Positions 36,270 to 49,349 are shown, counted from the first letter of the whole stretch. The stretch: 63,818 bases of DNA, filler included, from Lama guanicoe (GCA_013239625.1; 82 parts of 78 records of this genome joined end to end with filler, not necessarily neighbours in it); one strand, 5' to 3'. Numbers and translations: made by a program. Notes: generated by a model from the sequence alone, not told the origin.

Positions 36270-37067
36270 TTCATCTAGCACAAAGGGAACAGGTTGCATG
36301 AGAAACACTTACTCTGGTCTCTCAGTCTGTTTCCTAGAGCCGTTTGATGTTCCTGCAGTTTTCACTGTAAAACCGAGTTGGAGCTTGTACCACCCCATAT
36401 ATATGTGTGGAGTGCATTCTGCAACAGAACAGAAACTTTGTGTTCCCAACAAGCTAGGTGAAGGACGGCTTTCACACACACATAACTCTCAAAACTGAGC
36501 ATGTGGAGAGATGTTCGTTCATCTAGCACAAAGGGAACCGGATGCAGGAGAAACACACACTCTGATTTCTCAGTCTGTTTCCTAGTGCCGGTTTGAAGTT
36601 CCTGCAGTTTTCACTGTAAAACCGAGTTGGAGATTGTACCTCCCCATATATATGCATGGAGTGGAGTCTGCAACTGAAGAGAAACTTTGTGTTCCCATCA
36701 AGCTAGGTGAAGGACGGCTTTCACACACGCTTAACTCTCAAAACTGAGCATGTGGAGAGACGTTCGTTCATCTAGCACAGAGGGATCAGGTTGCAGGAGA
36801 AACACTTACTCTGGTTTCTCAGTGTGTTTCCTAGAGCCGGTTTGATGTTCCTGCAGTTTTCACTGTAAAACCGAGATGGAGCTTGTACCTCCCCATAGAT
36901 ATGTATGGAGTGGAGTCTACAAGTGAAGAGAAACTTTGTGTTCCCAAAAGAAAGGCTAGGTGAAGGACGGCTTTCACACACGCTTTACTCTAAAAACTGA
37001 GCATGTGGAGAGACTTTTTTCATCTAGCAGAAAGGGAACAGGTTGCAGGAGAAACACTTACTCTGGT
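36270..37067 (+). repeat. 249-bp satellite, CTGCAG (PstI) variant
   Basis: All three complete monomers carry GTTCCTGCAGTTTT and TCATCTAGC. Confidence 0.95.
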
Positions 37068-37167
37068 NNNNNNNNNNNNNNNNNNNNNNNNNNNNNNNNN
37101 NNNNNNNNNNNTTAATTAATTAANNNNNNNNNNNNNNNNNNNNNNNNNNNNNNNNNNNNNNNNNNNN

Positions 37168-37699
37168 TTGAATGTAGAACACCGAATTTATAATATAGAA
37201 TACAGAAAGCTGAATACAGTATTTACAGTATAGAATGTAGAATACAGAATATAGAATATAGAATATTGATTACAGAAACCAGAATATAGAACATGGAATG
37301 CAGAACACAAAGTTTAGAATATAACATACGGAATGCTGAATATAGAATTTAGAATATAGATTGCAGAAAACAGAATATAGAATATAGTAAACGGAAAGCA
37401 GTATATAGAATGTAGAATATAGAATGAATAACACAAAATATAGAAAATAGAATAAAGATTATAGAAGCCAGATTTAGAACATGAAATGCAGAACACAGAA
37501 TTTAGAATATACAATACAGACTACAGAATATAGAATGTAGAACACAGAATATAGAATAGAGAATAGAGAATAATAGAGAACCCAGAATTTAGAACATGGA
37601 ATGCACAACACAGAATTTAGATTATAGAATACAGAATAATTAATAAACAGTTAAAAAATTGAATGTAGAACACAGAATATAGAATATAAAACACATAAT
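37168..37699 (-). repeat. Heptamer satellite (reverse)
   Basis: 7-bp periodic GAA repeat. Confidence 0.95.
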
Positions 37700-38340
37700 N
37701 NNNNNNNNNNNNNNNNNNNNNNNNNNNNNNNNNNNNNNNNNNNTTAATTAATTAANNNNNNNNNNNNNNNNNNNNNNNNNNNNNNNNNNNNNNNNNNNNG
37801 GATCCCTTTCCAAGGTAGACCTTGGTTCAGGGTAAAGTTACAGCACTCACCAGCCCCGAGGCCCTTAGCTGATTCACATCCCCTCGGTCTTCTCATCCAT
37901 AAAATGGGTTGTTGAGAATGTTGTGTAGTTGGAACACTGCACTTTTGAATTTGGTCAGTTGGCACATTTTATTGCTTAGTTTGAGACCTCAATACCTTTG
38001 ACCTGATGTTAATTGATTTATAGGGGGTCCCGACTCCTGAGAGTTGGAAGGAATTCTGATTGACAGTAGAAGGAGAACCCAGGATCCCTGAAGCCTGCTC
38101 ACCCTGGATGGGACTCAGTCCCTCCAGACCAGGGGATCCTGGAGCCAGCACAGCGCCTGAAGCCTAGCTGTGGGACCAGGAAGTCCCAGCGGTGTGGTTG
38201 GAAACGCAGCCCCACTGGGTCTGTGAGGAGTTAGGGTCAGNNNNNNNNNNNNNNNNNNNNNNNNNNNNNNNNNNNNNNNNNNNNTTAATTAATTAANNNN
38301 NNNNNNNNNNNNNNNNNNNNNNNNNNNNNNNNNNNNNNNN

Positions 38341-38689
38341 TCCTCCTCCTCCACCTCCTCCACATCCTCCTCATCCTCCACATCCTCCTTCTCCAATTCC
38401 ACATCCACCTACTCCTCCACCTCCTCCACCACCTCCTCCTCCTCCACCACCTATTCCTCCACCACCTCCTCCTCCTCCACCTCCTCCACATCCTAATCCT
38501 CAACCACCTCCTCCTCCACCTCCTCCATATCCTCCTCCTCCACCACATTCTCCTCCTCCTCCACCACATTCTCCTCCTCCTCCACATCCTCCTCCTCCTC
38601 CACCACATCTTCCTCTTCCTCCACCACATCCTCCTCCTCATCCTCCAACTCCTCCACCTCATCCTCCTCCTCCACCTCCTCCTCCACCT
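38341..38689 (+). repeat. (TCC)n/(TCCACC) low-complexity triplet repeat
   Basis: 349 bp with no G on the + strand. Includes 21-bp units such as TCCTCCTCCTCCACCACATTC. Confidence 0.95.
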
Positions 38690-38789
38690 NNNNNNNNNNN
38701 NNNNNNNNNNNNNNNNNNNNNNNNNNNNNNNNNTTAATTAATTAANNNNNNNNNNNNNNNNNNNNNNNNNNNNNNNNNNNNNNNNNNNN

Positions 38790-40580
38790 CCCTAGCATTC
38801 CCTGGCACAGAGACATTAGGAAAAAACCCAGGGGAGGTGAGCTTAGGCATTCCGTTAGAACCCACGTGCTGCCGACCGTTGGTGTAAACTCCACACGCTC
38901 AGGATTCCGGAACCATTGTCAGTGCGTGGGGAGCTCGAGAGACAACTCCACGCAGCTCTCTTCAGTCACAGGTGTTCCCTGAAACCGGAAGTCCGAGAAA
39001 TACTTNNNNNNNNNNNNNNNNNNNNNNNNNNNNNNNNNNNNNNNNNNNNNNNNNNNNNNNNNNNNNNNNNNNNNNNNNNNNNNNNNNNNNNNNNNNNNNN
39101 NNNNNNNNNNNNNNNNNNNNNNNNNNNNNNNNNNNNNNNNNNNNNNNNNNNNNNNNNNNNNNNNNNNNNNNNNNNNNNNNNNNNNNNNNNNNNNNNNNNN
39201 NNNNNNNNNNNNNNNNNNNNNNNNNNNNNNNNNNNNNNNNNNNNNNNNNNNNNNNNNNNNNNNNNNNNNNNNNNNNNNNNNNNNNNNNNNNNNNNNNNNN
39301 NNNNNNNNNNNNNNNNNNNNNNNNNNNNNNNNNNNNNNNNNNNNNNNNNNNNNNNNNNNNNNNNNNNNNNNNCTGACAAATACCTGAACTTGGGGAGGCA
39401 GCCCCTGTCACTGGTATTGCCTGCAAACACCCCTAGCATTCCCTGGCACAGAGATATTAGGAAAAAACCCAGGGGAGTCGACCTTAGGCATTGCATTCCN
39501 NNNNNNNNNNNNNNNNNNNNNNNNNNNNNNNNNNNNNNNNNNNNNNNNNNNNNNNNNNNNNNNNNNNNNNNNNNNNNNNNNNNNNNNNNNNNNNNNNNNN
39601 NNNNNNNNNNNNNNNNNNNNNNNNNNNNNNNNNNNNNNNNNNNNNNNNNNNNNNNNNNNNNNNNNNNNNNNNNNNNNNNNNNNNNNNNNNNNNNNNNNNN
39701 NNNNNNNNNNNNNNNNNNNNNNNNNNNNNNNNNNNNNNNNNNNNNNNNNNNNNNNNNNNNNNNNNNNNNNNNNNNNNNNNNNNNNNNNNNNNNNNNNNNN
39801 NNNNNNNNNNNNNNNNNNNNNNNNNNNNNNNNNNNNNNNNNNNNNNNNNNNNNNNNNNNNNNNNNNNNNNNNNNNNNNNNNNNNNNNNNNNNNNNNNNNN
39901 NNNNNNNNNNNNNNNNNNNNNNNNNNNNNNNNNNNNNNNNNNNNNNNNNNNNNNNNNNNNNNNNNNNNNNNNNNNNNNNNNNNNNNNNNNNNNNNNNNNN
40001 NNNNNNNNNNNNNNNNNNNNNNNNNNNNNNNNNNNNNNNNNNNNNNNNNNNNNNNNNNNNNNNNNNNNNNNNNNNNNNNNNNNNNNNNNNNNNNNNNNNN
40101 NNNNNNNNNNNNNNNNNNNNNNNNNNNNNNNNNNNNNNNNNNNNNNNNNNNNNNNNNNNNNNNNNNNNNNNNNNNNNNNNNNNNNNNNNNNNNNNNNNNN
40201 NNNNNNNNNNNNNNNNNNNNNNNNNNNNNNNNNNNNNNNNNNNNNNNNNNNNNNNNNNNNNNNNNNNNNNNNNNNNNNNNNNNNNNNNNNNNNNNNNNNN
40301 NNNNNNNNNNNNNNNNNNNNNNNNNNNNNNNNNNNNNNNNNNNNNNNNNNNNNNCGAGAGACAACTCCACGCAGCTCTCTTCAGTCACAGGTGTTCCCTG
40401 TTAGGGGGAATTCCGAGAAATACCTTCCCTGACTTTGGGGAGGCAACCTCTGTCACTGGGATTTCCAGCAAACACCCCTAGCATTCCCTGGCACAGAGAC
40501 ATTAGGAAAAAACCAAGGGTAGTCGAGATTTGGCATTCCGTTAGAACCTACGCGCTGCTGACCGTTGGTGGAACCTCCCC
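38790..40580 (+). repeat. 267-bp satellite (three pieces separated by gaps)
   Basis: CCCTAGCATTCCCTGGCACAGAGA(C/T)ATTAGGAAAA in each piece. Confidence 0.93.
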
Positions 40581-40680
40581 NNNNNNNNNNNNNNNNNNNN
40601 NNNNNNNNNNNNNNNNNNNNNNNNTTAATTAATTAANNNNNNNNNNNNNNNNNNNNNNNNNNNNNNNNNNNNNNNNNNNN

Positions 40681-41663
40681 AAATTCTATATTCAGTGTTC
40701 TGTTTTCTATATTCTAAATTCTGTATTCTGCCTTCAATGTTTTCAATTCTGGATTCTATATTTTGTTTTCCATATTCTAAATTCTGTGTTCTTCATTCTA
40801 TATTCTGTATTCAATATTCTGCATTCCATATTCTAAATTCCATATTTTGTGTTCTACATTCTATATTCTAAATTCTATATTCAGTATTCCGTGTTCTATA
40901 TTCTAAATTCTGTGTTCTACATTCTATATTCTAAATTCTATATTCACTATTCTGTATTCTATATTCTAAATCCTGTGTTCTGCATTCCATGTTCTAAATT
41001 CTGGGTTATATATTCTGTTTTCCATTTTCTATATTGTGTGTTCTACATTCTATATTCTGTATTCAATATTCTGCATTCCGTATTCTACATTCCATATTCT
41101 GTGTTCTACATTCTATATTCTAAATTCTATATACCGTATTCTGCATTCTATATTCAAAATTTTATATTAAGTATTCTGTATTCTATATTCTAAATTCTGT
41201 GTTCTGCATTCCGTTTTCTAATCTCTGGGTTCTATATTCTATCTCTATTCTATATTCTATATTTGTGTTCTTCATTCTATATTCTACAATCTATATTCTG
41301 GATTCCCTATTCTATATTCTATATTCTTTGTTCTACAGTCTATAAATTTTAATCTTTTTTCAGTATTCTGTATTCTATATTCTAAATTGTCTGTTCTGCA
41401 TGGAAATTCTCAATTCAGGGTTCTATATTCTATATTCTATATTCTATATTTTGTGTTCTTCATTCTATATTCTATATTCAATATTCCCCATTCCTTTTTC
41501 TATATTCTATATACTGTGTTATGCATTCTATATTCTTAATTCTATATACAGTATTCTGCATACTATATTCTAAATTCTGTGTTCTGCATTCAATGTTCTA
41601 TATTCTACACTCACTATTCTGCATACTATGTTCTAAATTCTGTGTTCTGCATTCTATATACTA
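40681..41663 (+). repeat. Heptamer satellite with 63-bp sub-block
   Basis: TTCA(G/C)T marker at 40880 and 40943 (63 = 9x7). Confidence 0.95.
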
Positions 41664-41763
41664 NNNNNNNNNNNNNNNNNNNNNNNNNNNNNNNNNNNNN
41701 NNNNNNNTTAATTAATTAANNNNNNNNNNNNNNNNNNNNNNNNNNNNNNNNNNNNNNNNNNNN

Positions 41764-42241
41764 GTCAGCTAGACAAGCAGATCTTTGAAAATTCTGCCGC
41801 ACTTTACTAAACACATAATGGTTAAGCTGTCTAACTAAAGTTTTCATACTTCCAGTTTCAAATATTCTGAAAGGGGCCTTTCTTTCCAAAACTACCTTCT
41901 TAAAGATATCCTCATCAATCACTATGGAAGCTCCATTATCATCCCACCAGATGGATTTAATTTGGTCACTCCCAGCCAACTTCTAGAGTTTTCTTGGAAA
42001 TGTCAGGAAACGAATGTCATTATCTTACTTCATCTGGTTCAGAGACACAATGTGTGTAACATGGTCTTTTTATAAAAGATTCTTCAGACAAAGTCTGAAA
42101 AGCATTTTCTTCAATCATAGACCTTAAGTCCAAGTCCCCAGAGAATGTTAGATCACACAATAGAGATCTATCAGAGTTACCTGAAACAGTTGGTTCATCT
42201 TTATGAGACACATCTTGAATTTCTGAAGAAACATGTGTCAT
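41764..42241 (-). pseudogene. HSFY: HSFY (Y-linked heat-shock factor family) pseudogene, exon 1 with HSF DNA-binding domain
   Basis: MTHVSSEIQDVSHKDE...DLRSMIEENAFQ...CVSEPDE, a net +4 frameshift at ~42024-42027, then DNDIRFLTFPRKL*KLAGSDQIKSIWWDDNG...LVRQLNHYVFSKVRQNFQRSA. TAG replaces the conserved Trp at 41983-41985. Confidence 0.95.
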
Positions 42242-42616
42242 CTCNNNNNNNNNNNNNNNNNNNNNNNNNNNNNNNNNNNNNNNNNNNNTTAATTAATTAA
42301 NNNNNNNNNNNNNNNNNNNNNNNNNNNNNNNNNNNNNNNNNNNNGGGTTTGAAGTGGGGGTGATGTAATCAAATTTGTGATTTGGGAAGGCTGACGTGGC
42401 TCTGTGTTTGTGTGTGTTGTGTGTGTGTAGCGGGGAAGAGGGGGTGGGTGCCACCAACTGGGGTGTCATTAGAAGACCATTCACAGGCTGGGAGAAGGGC
42501 GTCGGGGCTGCTTGGGGACGGCAGGGGCAGTGTGGATGCCGGATTTCCTTATGGGGGCTTGTAAGCGGGGCCGCCCTAGAGGCACCTTGTGGCTGGAAGA
42601 AAACCGATGGAGGCCA

Positions 42617-42787
42617 CCAGGTGGACTTTCGTCTTCTCTCCTTCCCTGCCTTGTGTGATGATCTTAGCTCAGCCAACATTTGGAACAGAAGAGCTAATTT
42701 ACAGAGCTCCAGGTGGACTTTCGTCTTCTCTCCTTCCTTGCCTTGTGTGATGATCTTAGCTCAGCCAACATTTGGAACAGAAGAGCT
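42617..42787 (+). repeat. Direct duplication of 79 bp (period 92)
   Basis: 42617-42695 versus 42709-42787, one mismatch. Confidence 0.95.
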
Positions 42788-42999
42788 NNNNNNNNNNNNN
42801 NNNNNNNNNNNNNNNNNNNNNNNNNNNNNNNTTAATTAATTAANNNNNNNNNNNNNNNNNNNNNNNNNNNNNNNNNNNNNNNNNNNNGTTAGCTGAGTGT
42901 CTCTGTGGATGTGAGACTTTATGCATTCATGGGAAAAGTTGAGCTATGAGTATCATTATTCTCCACTCTCTTTGCTTCCCCCCCAAAAAGGCTCAGTTT

Positions 43000-43793
43000 A
43001 TGGTGAAAGAAAACATAGTCTGGAAATAAATGGAAAAGTTATTCCACGGAAATGACAAGAAAGTGCAGATTGCAAAGCTCAACTCATACAAAATACGTTT
43101 GAAAATAAGGGCCAAAATGAAAGAAATATGAGATTATATAAAGGAAAAGAGATTGATAAAATAAAAGTGGGAATTACACTCATTAAATTATATATGGTGC
43201 AACACCATAGATCCTAAATATAAAAGAAATTTTAGTAGACATGAAAGAATTAATTCATTATGAAACAATAATAGTAGGTGAGTATAACACCACACTATTG
43301 TTATGATCAGATCATCCAGAAAGAATATCTGTAGGGAAACAGAGGTCTTAATAGCATGTTAGATCATTTGAACCTAAGTGAAATATTGGACACTGCATTA
43401 GAAAAGCAGAACACATAAACTATTCAAGTGTGTACAGGATGTTAACTAAGGAATTAACCACATATTATGTCATGAAATAAGCCTCAGGAACTTTAAGCAA
43501 ATATAGATTTTAGCAAGTATTTTCCATACACAAAAGTATGAAACTATGCATCAACTCCTGAAAAAAGAATAGGAAAAGCACGAACATAAGGTCAAACCAC
43601 ATCTTTTAAAAAAATACAACAAAACAAGGTCAATGATGAAATCAAAGAGGTAATAAAATCATACCTGGAGACAAATTACAATGTAAACACAGCTTCATAA
43701 AATGTATGGGATGCATTAAAGACAAATCTACAAGGTAAGTTTGGAACAATTAACGCCTTCTACAAGGAACAAGAAAAACCTAACACAAAGGAN
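43000..43793 (+). mobile_element. Decayed LINE-1 ORF2 endonuclease region
   Basis: ACAATAATAGTAGG..A.TATAACACCACACT, CAGATCATCCAGA and GAAATCAAAGAGG...ATACCTGGAGACAAAT. Confidence 0.85.
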
Positions 43794-43892
43794 NNNNNNN
43801 NNNNNNNNNNNNNNNNNNNNNNNNNNNNNNNNNNNNTTAATTAATTAANNNNNNNNNNNNNNNNNNNNNNNNNNNNNNNNNNNNNNNNNNNN

Positions 43893-44698
43893 ACATTCCG
43901 TATTCTATTTTCTATATTCTTCGTTATACATTGTATTTTCTGAATTCTATATTCAGTATTCTTTACTGTATACATTACATTCTGTGTTCTGCATACGATG
44001 TTTTAAATTTTGGCTTCTAAATTCCATATTCTATATTCTATATTTTGTGTTCTTCATTCTATATTCTACGTTGTAGATTCTGCATTCCGTATTCTATATT
44101 CTTTATACTGTGTTCTACAATCTATATTCTATATTCTATATTGAGTATTCTGTATTCTATACTCTAAATTCTGTGTTCTGTATTCCATGTTCTAAATTCT
44201 GGGTTCTTCATTCTCTATTTTATATGCTCTAATCCGTGTTCTACATTCTATATTCTAAATTCTGTATTCAGTATTCTGTATTCTATATTCTAAATTCTGT
44301 TTGCTACATTCTATATACTAAATTCTATATTCAGTATTCTGTATTCTATATTCTAAATTCTGTGTTCTGCTTTCCATGTTCTAAACTCTGGGTTCTATAT
44401 TCTCTATTCTATATTCTAAATTTTGTTTATTAAATTCGATATACTACAATCCATATTCTGTATTAGGTATTTTATATTCTATATTCTGTGTTATACATTC
44501 TATATTCTAATTGCTGTATTCAGTATTCTGTATTCTATATTCTAAATTCTGTGTTCTGCATTCCATTTTCCAATTTCTATATTCAGTATACTGTATAATT
44601 AGGTATTTTATATTCTATATTCTGTGTTATACATTCTATATTCTAATTGCTGTATTCAGTATTCTGTATTCTATATTCTAAATTCTGTGTTCTGCATT
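43893..44698 (+). repeat. Heptamer satellite (ATTCTAT)n
   Basis: 7-bp periodicity. About 100 bp is duplicated at 44462 and 44598. Confidence 0.95.
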
Positions 44699-44798
44699 NN
44701 NNNNNNNNNNNNNNNNNNNNNNNNNNNNNNNNNNNNNNNNNNTTAATTAATTAANNNNNNNNNNNNNNNNNNNNNNNNNNNNNNNNNNNNNNNNNNNN

Positions 44799-45350
44799 CC
44801 CAGAATTTAGAACTTGGAATACAGAACACAGAATTTAGAATATAGAAAATGAATTCTGTAAATAGAATTTAGAATATAGAATATAGAACACCAAATTAGA
44901 ATATAGGATACAGAATGTAGAATATAGAATTCAGAATATAAAATGTAGAACACAGAATTTAGAATATGGAAAACAAAATATAGAACCCAGAATTTAGAAC
45001 ATGGAATACAGAAAGAAACAGAATTTAAAATATAGAATACAGAATACTGAATATAGGATTTAGAATTTAGAATGTATAACACAGTGCATAGAATACTGAC
45101 TACGGAATGGAGAATATATAAGGTAGAATATAGACTAAAGAACACAATATATAGAATATAGAATAGAGAATATAACACAGAACTCAGAACACGGAATCCA
45201 GAACACAGAATTTAGAATATAGAATACAGTATATAGAACATAGAATTTAGAATATAGAATGAAGTACACACAATATAGAATATAGACTTAGGAATGCAGA
45301 GTATAGAATATAGAATATAGCATGATGAACGCAAAATATAGAATAGAGAA
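44799..45350 (-). repeat. Heptamer satellite (reverse)
   Basis: 7-bp periodic GAA repeat. Confidence 0.95.
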
Positions 45351-45450
45351 NNNNNNNNNNNNNNNNNNNNNNNNNNNNNNNNNNNNNNNNNNNNTTAATT
45401 AATTAANNNNNNNNNNNNNNNNNNNNNNNNNNNNNNNNNNNNNNNNNNNN

Positions 45451-46168
45451 AAATTCTGCGTTCTATATTCTCTATTCTATATTGTATATTTTGTGTTCTC
45501 CATTCTATATTCTGTATTCTATATTCTAAATTCCTTTGTCTATATTCAATATTCTGTCTTATTCATTCTATATTCTAAATTCTATATACATTATTCTACA
45601 TTCTATATTCTATATTCAGTGTTCTACATTCTTTATTCTAAATTCTATATTCAGTATCCTGTATTCTATATTCTAAATTCTGTGTTCTGCATTCCATGTT
45701 CTATATTTTGTGTTCCATATACTCAATTCTATGTTCTCTATTCTGTGTTCTACATTCTATATTCTGTATTCTATATTCTGCATTCCGTATTCTTTATTCT
45801 CTATTCTGTGTTCTACATTCTATATTCTAAATTCTATATTCAGTATTCNNNNNNNNNNNNNNNNNNNNNNNNNNNNNNNNNNNNNNNNNNNNNNNNNNNN
45901 NTGAAGTATTCTGTATCCTATTTTCTAAATTCTGTGTTCTGCTTTCCGTGTTCTAATTTCTGGGTCTATATTCTCTATTCTATATTCTATATTCTGTGTT
46001 CTACATTCTATATTCTAAATTGTATATTCAGTATTCTTTTTTCTATATTCTAAATTCTGTATTCTACATTGTAAATTCATATTCTATATAGAGTATTCGG
46101 TATTCTATATTTTAAATTATGTGTTCTACATTCCATGTTCTTAATTCTGGATTCTATATTTCTATTCT
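45451..46168 (+). repeat. Heptamer satellite (ATTCTAT)n
   Basis: 7-bp periodic TTC repeat. Confidence 0.95.
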
Positions 46169-47366
46169 NNNNNNNNNNNNNNNNNNNNNNNNNNNNNNNN
46201 NNNNNNNNNNNNTTAATTAATTAANNNNNNNNNNNNNNNNNNNNNNNNNNNNNNNNNNNNNNNNNNNNAAGGGATAGGGACCACTCTGGCCAGGAACGGC
46301 AAGACCGTGGATGGGGTTTATGGGTAGGAGGAGCTGACATTTGCTTCTGACCTGAGAGGCAGGGGTGTGTTGCAGAAAAGCCAACAGTGCTGGATAGATG
46401 CCTCATGTCCACAGCCCAAAAGGAGCTGTCATATTCAGGGAGGTCAGAGAGCAAGAACCAGAGTTAGTGACACCAGAGTGTCAGCAGCGTGGCAGCAGTG
46501 ATGTCAGTATCTGTGTCCAAAATCCACCTAACCCTACATGAACTCATCTGCCTACAGGGGGCAGGTTAGTAGCAGAAATGTGGGGAGTGGTTGCAGCCAC
46601 TGGCAAATTGGCAAGTGGACATCCTAATGAAAACACTGCTCACAGTCACCATATTGGAAAGAGAGCCCCCACACTGTCAGATNNNNNNNNNNNNNNNNNN
46701 NNNNNNNNNNNNNNNNNNNNNNNNNNTTAATTAATTAANNNNNNNNNNNNNNNNNNNNNNNNNNNNNNNNNNNNNNNNNNNNGGACCGTCTTTCAATTGA
46801 GTCAAGCCCCCGGAGGCAATCTATCATGGGGTTCCAGACTTGTTTGCATTCAACTGCTTTACCCAACATGATCGGATGATTAAGCGTTCTCATCACTGAT
46901 AGAAGAACACCTGGTTCTCAGTAGCCTAGCATAGCTGCAGCAGGGTTCTCATAGCTATAATGCCTCTAGGTTCTTTGGATTCAAAGCTAAATGTATATAT
47001 TTAGTTCNNNNNNNNNNNNNNNNNNNNNNNNNNNNNNNNNNNNNNNNNNNNNNNNNNNNNNNNNNNNNNNNNNNNNNNNNNNNNNNNNNNNNNNNNNNNN
47101 NNNNNNNNNNNNNNNNNNNNNNNNNNNTTCATGTTTCCATTAGTTATTTCATGGTTCCTGTTGGTTTCGTAGGCTTCCACAGTAAAGAGATGACATGACC
47201 CCTTTAACAGTTCGGAGTGCTCGTTTGCATTCTATCTGTCTATGTTTTCCTTAGAGCTGACAAAATNNNNNNNNNNNNNNNNNNNNNNNNNNNNNNNNNN
47301 NNNNNNNNNNTTAATTAATTAANNNNNNNNNNNNNNNNNNNNNNNNNNNNNNNNNNNNNNNNNNNN

Positions 47367-48068
47367 TACAGAAATCAGAACCCAGAATTTAGAACATGGA
47401 ATGCAGAAAACAGAACATATAATATAGAATACAGAAAAAGATGTAGAATATAGAATGTAGATCAGAGAATATAGAATATACAATATAGAATACAGAAACT
47501 AGAATTTAGAACAAGGAATGTAGAACATATGGTATAGAATATAGAATGCAGAATACAGAACACAGAATTCAGAACATAGAATGCAGAACACAGAATATAG
47601 ATTATGGTATACAGAAAATAATATGTAGAATACAGAATGTTGAACACAGAATATAGGATATAGAATACAGGATACAGAAACCACAATTTAGAACATGGAA
47701 TGCAGAATACAGAATATAGAATATAGAATATACAACATACAACACAGATCCCAGAATTTAGAACATGGATTTCATAACTCAGAATTTAGAATATAGAATA
47801 CAGAATATAGAATGAGAATGTAGAATACAGAATGTACAACACAGTTTATAGAATATAGAATACAGATTGCAGAACCCAGAATTTAGAACATGGAATGCAA
47901 AACCCAGAATTTAGAATATAGAAGACAGATTTCAGAATTTTGAATGTATAATACACATTGAAGAATACAGAATATTGAATATAGAATGCAGAATGCAGAA
48001 TATTGAATATAGAAAATATATTGTAGAAAAGAGAATATTGAGTATAGAATGAAGAATAGAGAACCCAG
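47367..48068 (-). repeat. Heptamer satellite (reverse)
   Basis: 7-bp periodic GAA repeat. Confidence 0.95.
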
Positions 48069-48168
48069 NNNNNNNNNNNNNNNNNNNNNNNNNNNNNNNN
48101 NNNNNNNNNNNNTTAATTAATTAANNNNNNNNNNNNNNNNNNNNNNNNNNNNNNNNNNNNNNNNNNNN

Positions 48169-49142
48169 ATTTCACTGTAAAACCGAGTTGGAGCTTGTAC
48201 CTCCCCATATATATTTAGCGAGTAGAGTTGGCAACTGAAAAGAAACTTTGTGTTCCCTTCAAGCTAGGTGAAGGACGGCTTTCACACACACTTATCTCTC
48301 AGAACTGAGCATGTGGAGAGACGTTCGTTCATCCAGCACAAAGGGANNNNNNNNNNNNNNNNNNNNNNNNNNNNNNNNNNNNNNNNNNNNNNNNNNNNNN
48401 NNNNNNNNNNNNNNNNNNNNNNNNNNNNNNNNNNNNNNNNNNNNNNNNNNNNNNNNNNNNNNNNNNNNNNNNNNNNNNNNNNNNNNNNNNNNNNNNNNNN
48501 NNNNNNNNNNNNNNNNNNNNNNNNNNNNNNNNNNNNNNNNNNNNNNNNNNNNNNNNNNNNNNNNNNNNNNNNNNNNNNNNNNNNNNNNNNNNNNNNNNNN
48601 NNNNNNNNNNNNNNNNNNNNNNNNNNNNNNNNNNNNNNNNNNNNNNNNNNNNNNNNNNNNCTCCCCATATATATGTAAGGAGTGGAGTTGGCAACTGAAA
48701 AGACATTATGTGTTTACTTCAAGCTAGTTGATGGACGGCTTTGACGCACACATATCTCTCAGAACTGAGCATGTGGTGAGACGTTCGTTCATCCAGCACA
48801 AAGGGAACGGGTTGCAGGAGAAACCCTTACTCTGGTTTCTCAGTCTGTTTCCTAGTGCCGGTTTGAAGTGCCTGCCGTTTTCACTGTAAAACCGAGTTGG
48901 ANNNNNNNNNNNNNNNNNNNNNNNNNNNNNNNNNNNNNNNNNNNNNNNNNNNNNNNNNNNNNNNNNNNNNNNNNNNNNNNNNNNNNNNNNNNNNNNNNNN
49001 NNNNNNNNNNNNNNNNNNNNNNNNNNNNNNNNNNNNNNNNNNNNNNNNNNNNNNNNNNNNNNNNNNNNNNNNNNNNNNNNNNNNNNNNNGAGAGCCGGTT
49101 GAAGTGCCTGCCGTTTTCACTGTAAAAGCGAGTTGGAGCTTG
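48169..49142 (+). repeat. 249-bp satellite (gapped)
   Basis: Near-consensus monomer pieces. Confidence 0.95.
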
Positions 49143-49349
49143 NNNNNNNNNNNNNNNNNNNNNNNNNNNNNNNNNNNNNNNNNNNNTTAATTAATTAANN
49201 NNNNNNNNNNNNNNNNNNNNNNNNNNNNNNNNNNNNNNNNNNTCTGGCTTATTTTACAATAAAGTTTCAAGTTTTATCCATATTGTAGCCTAAATAAGTA
49301 CTTTATTCTTTTTGTTTGATAATATAGTTTTTCTTTTTTTTTTCTTTTG

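Noticed and set aside
38285..38662. Arg/Trp-rich protamine-like ORF
   Set aside because: It is an alternative frame of the GGA triplet repeat and ends in the linker.
22800..42244. env, granzyme, olfactory receptor and HSFY as a linked gene system
   Set aside because: Each sits on a separate scaffold between linkers, so co-location is arbitrary.
40681..42244. Heptamer satellite as a heat-shock element array functionally paired with the neighbouring HSFY
   Set aside because: The GAA/TTC units are all head-to-tail at 7-bp spacing, not alternating nGAAn pentamers, and the adjacency crosses a linker.
42655..42700. Box C/D snoRNA (GTGATGA in the duplicated block)
   Set aside because: No downstream CTGA box D or terminal stem in either copy.
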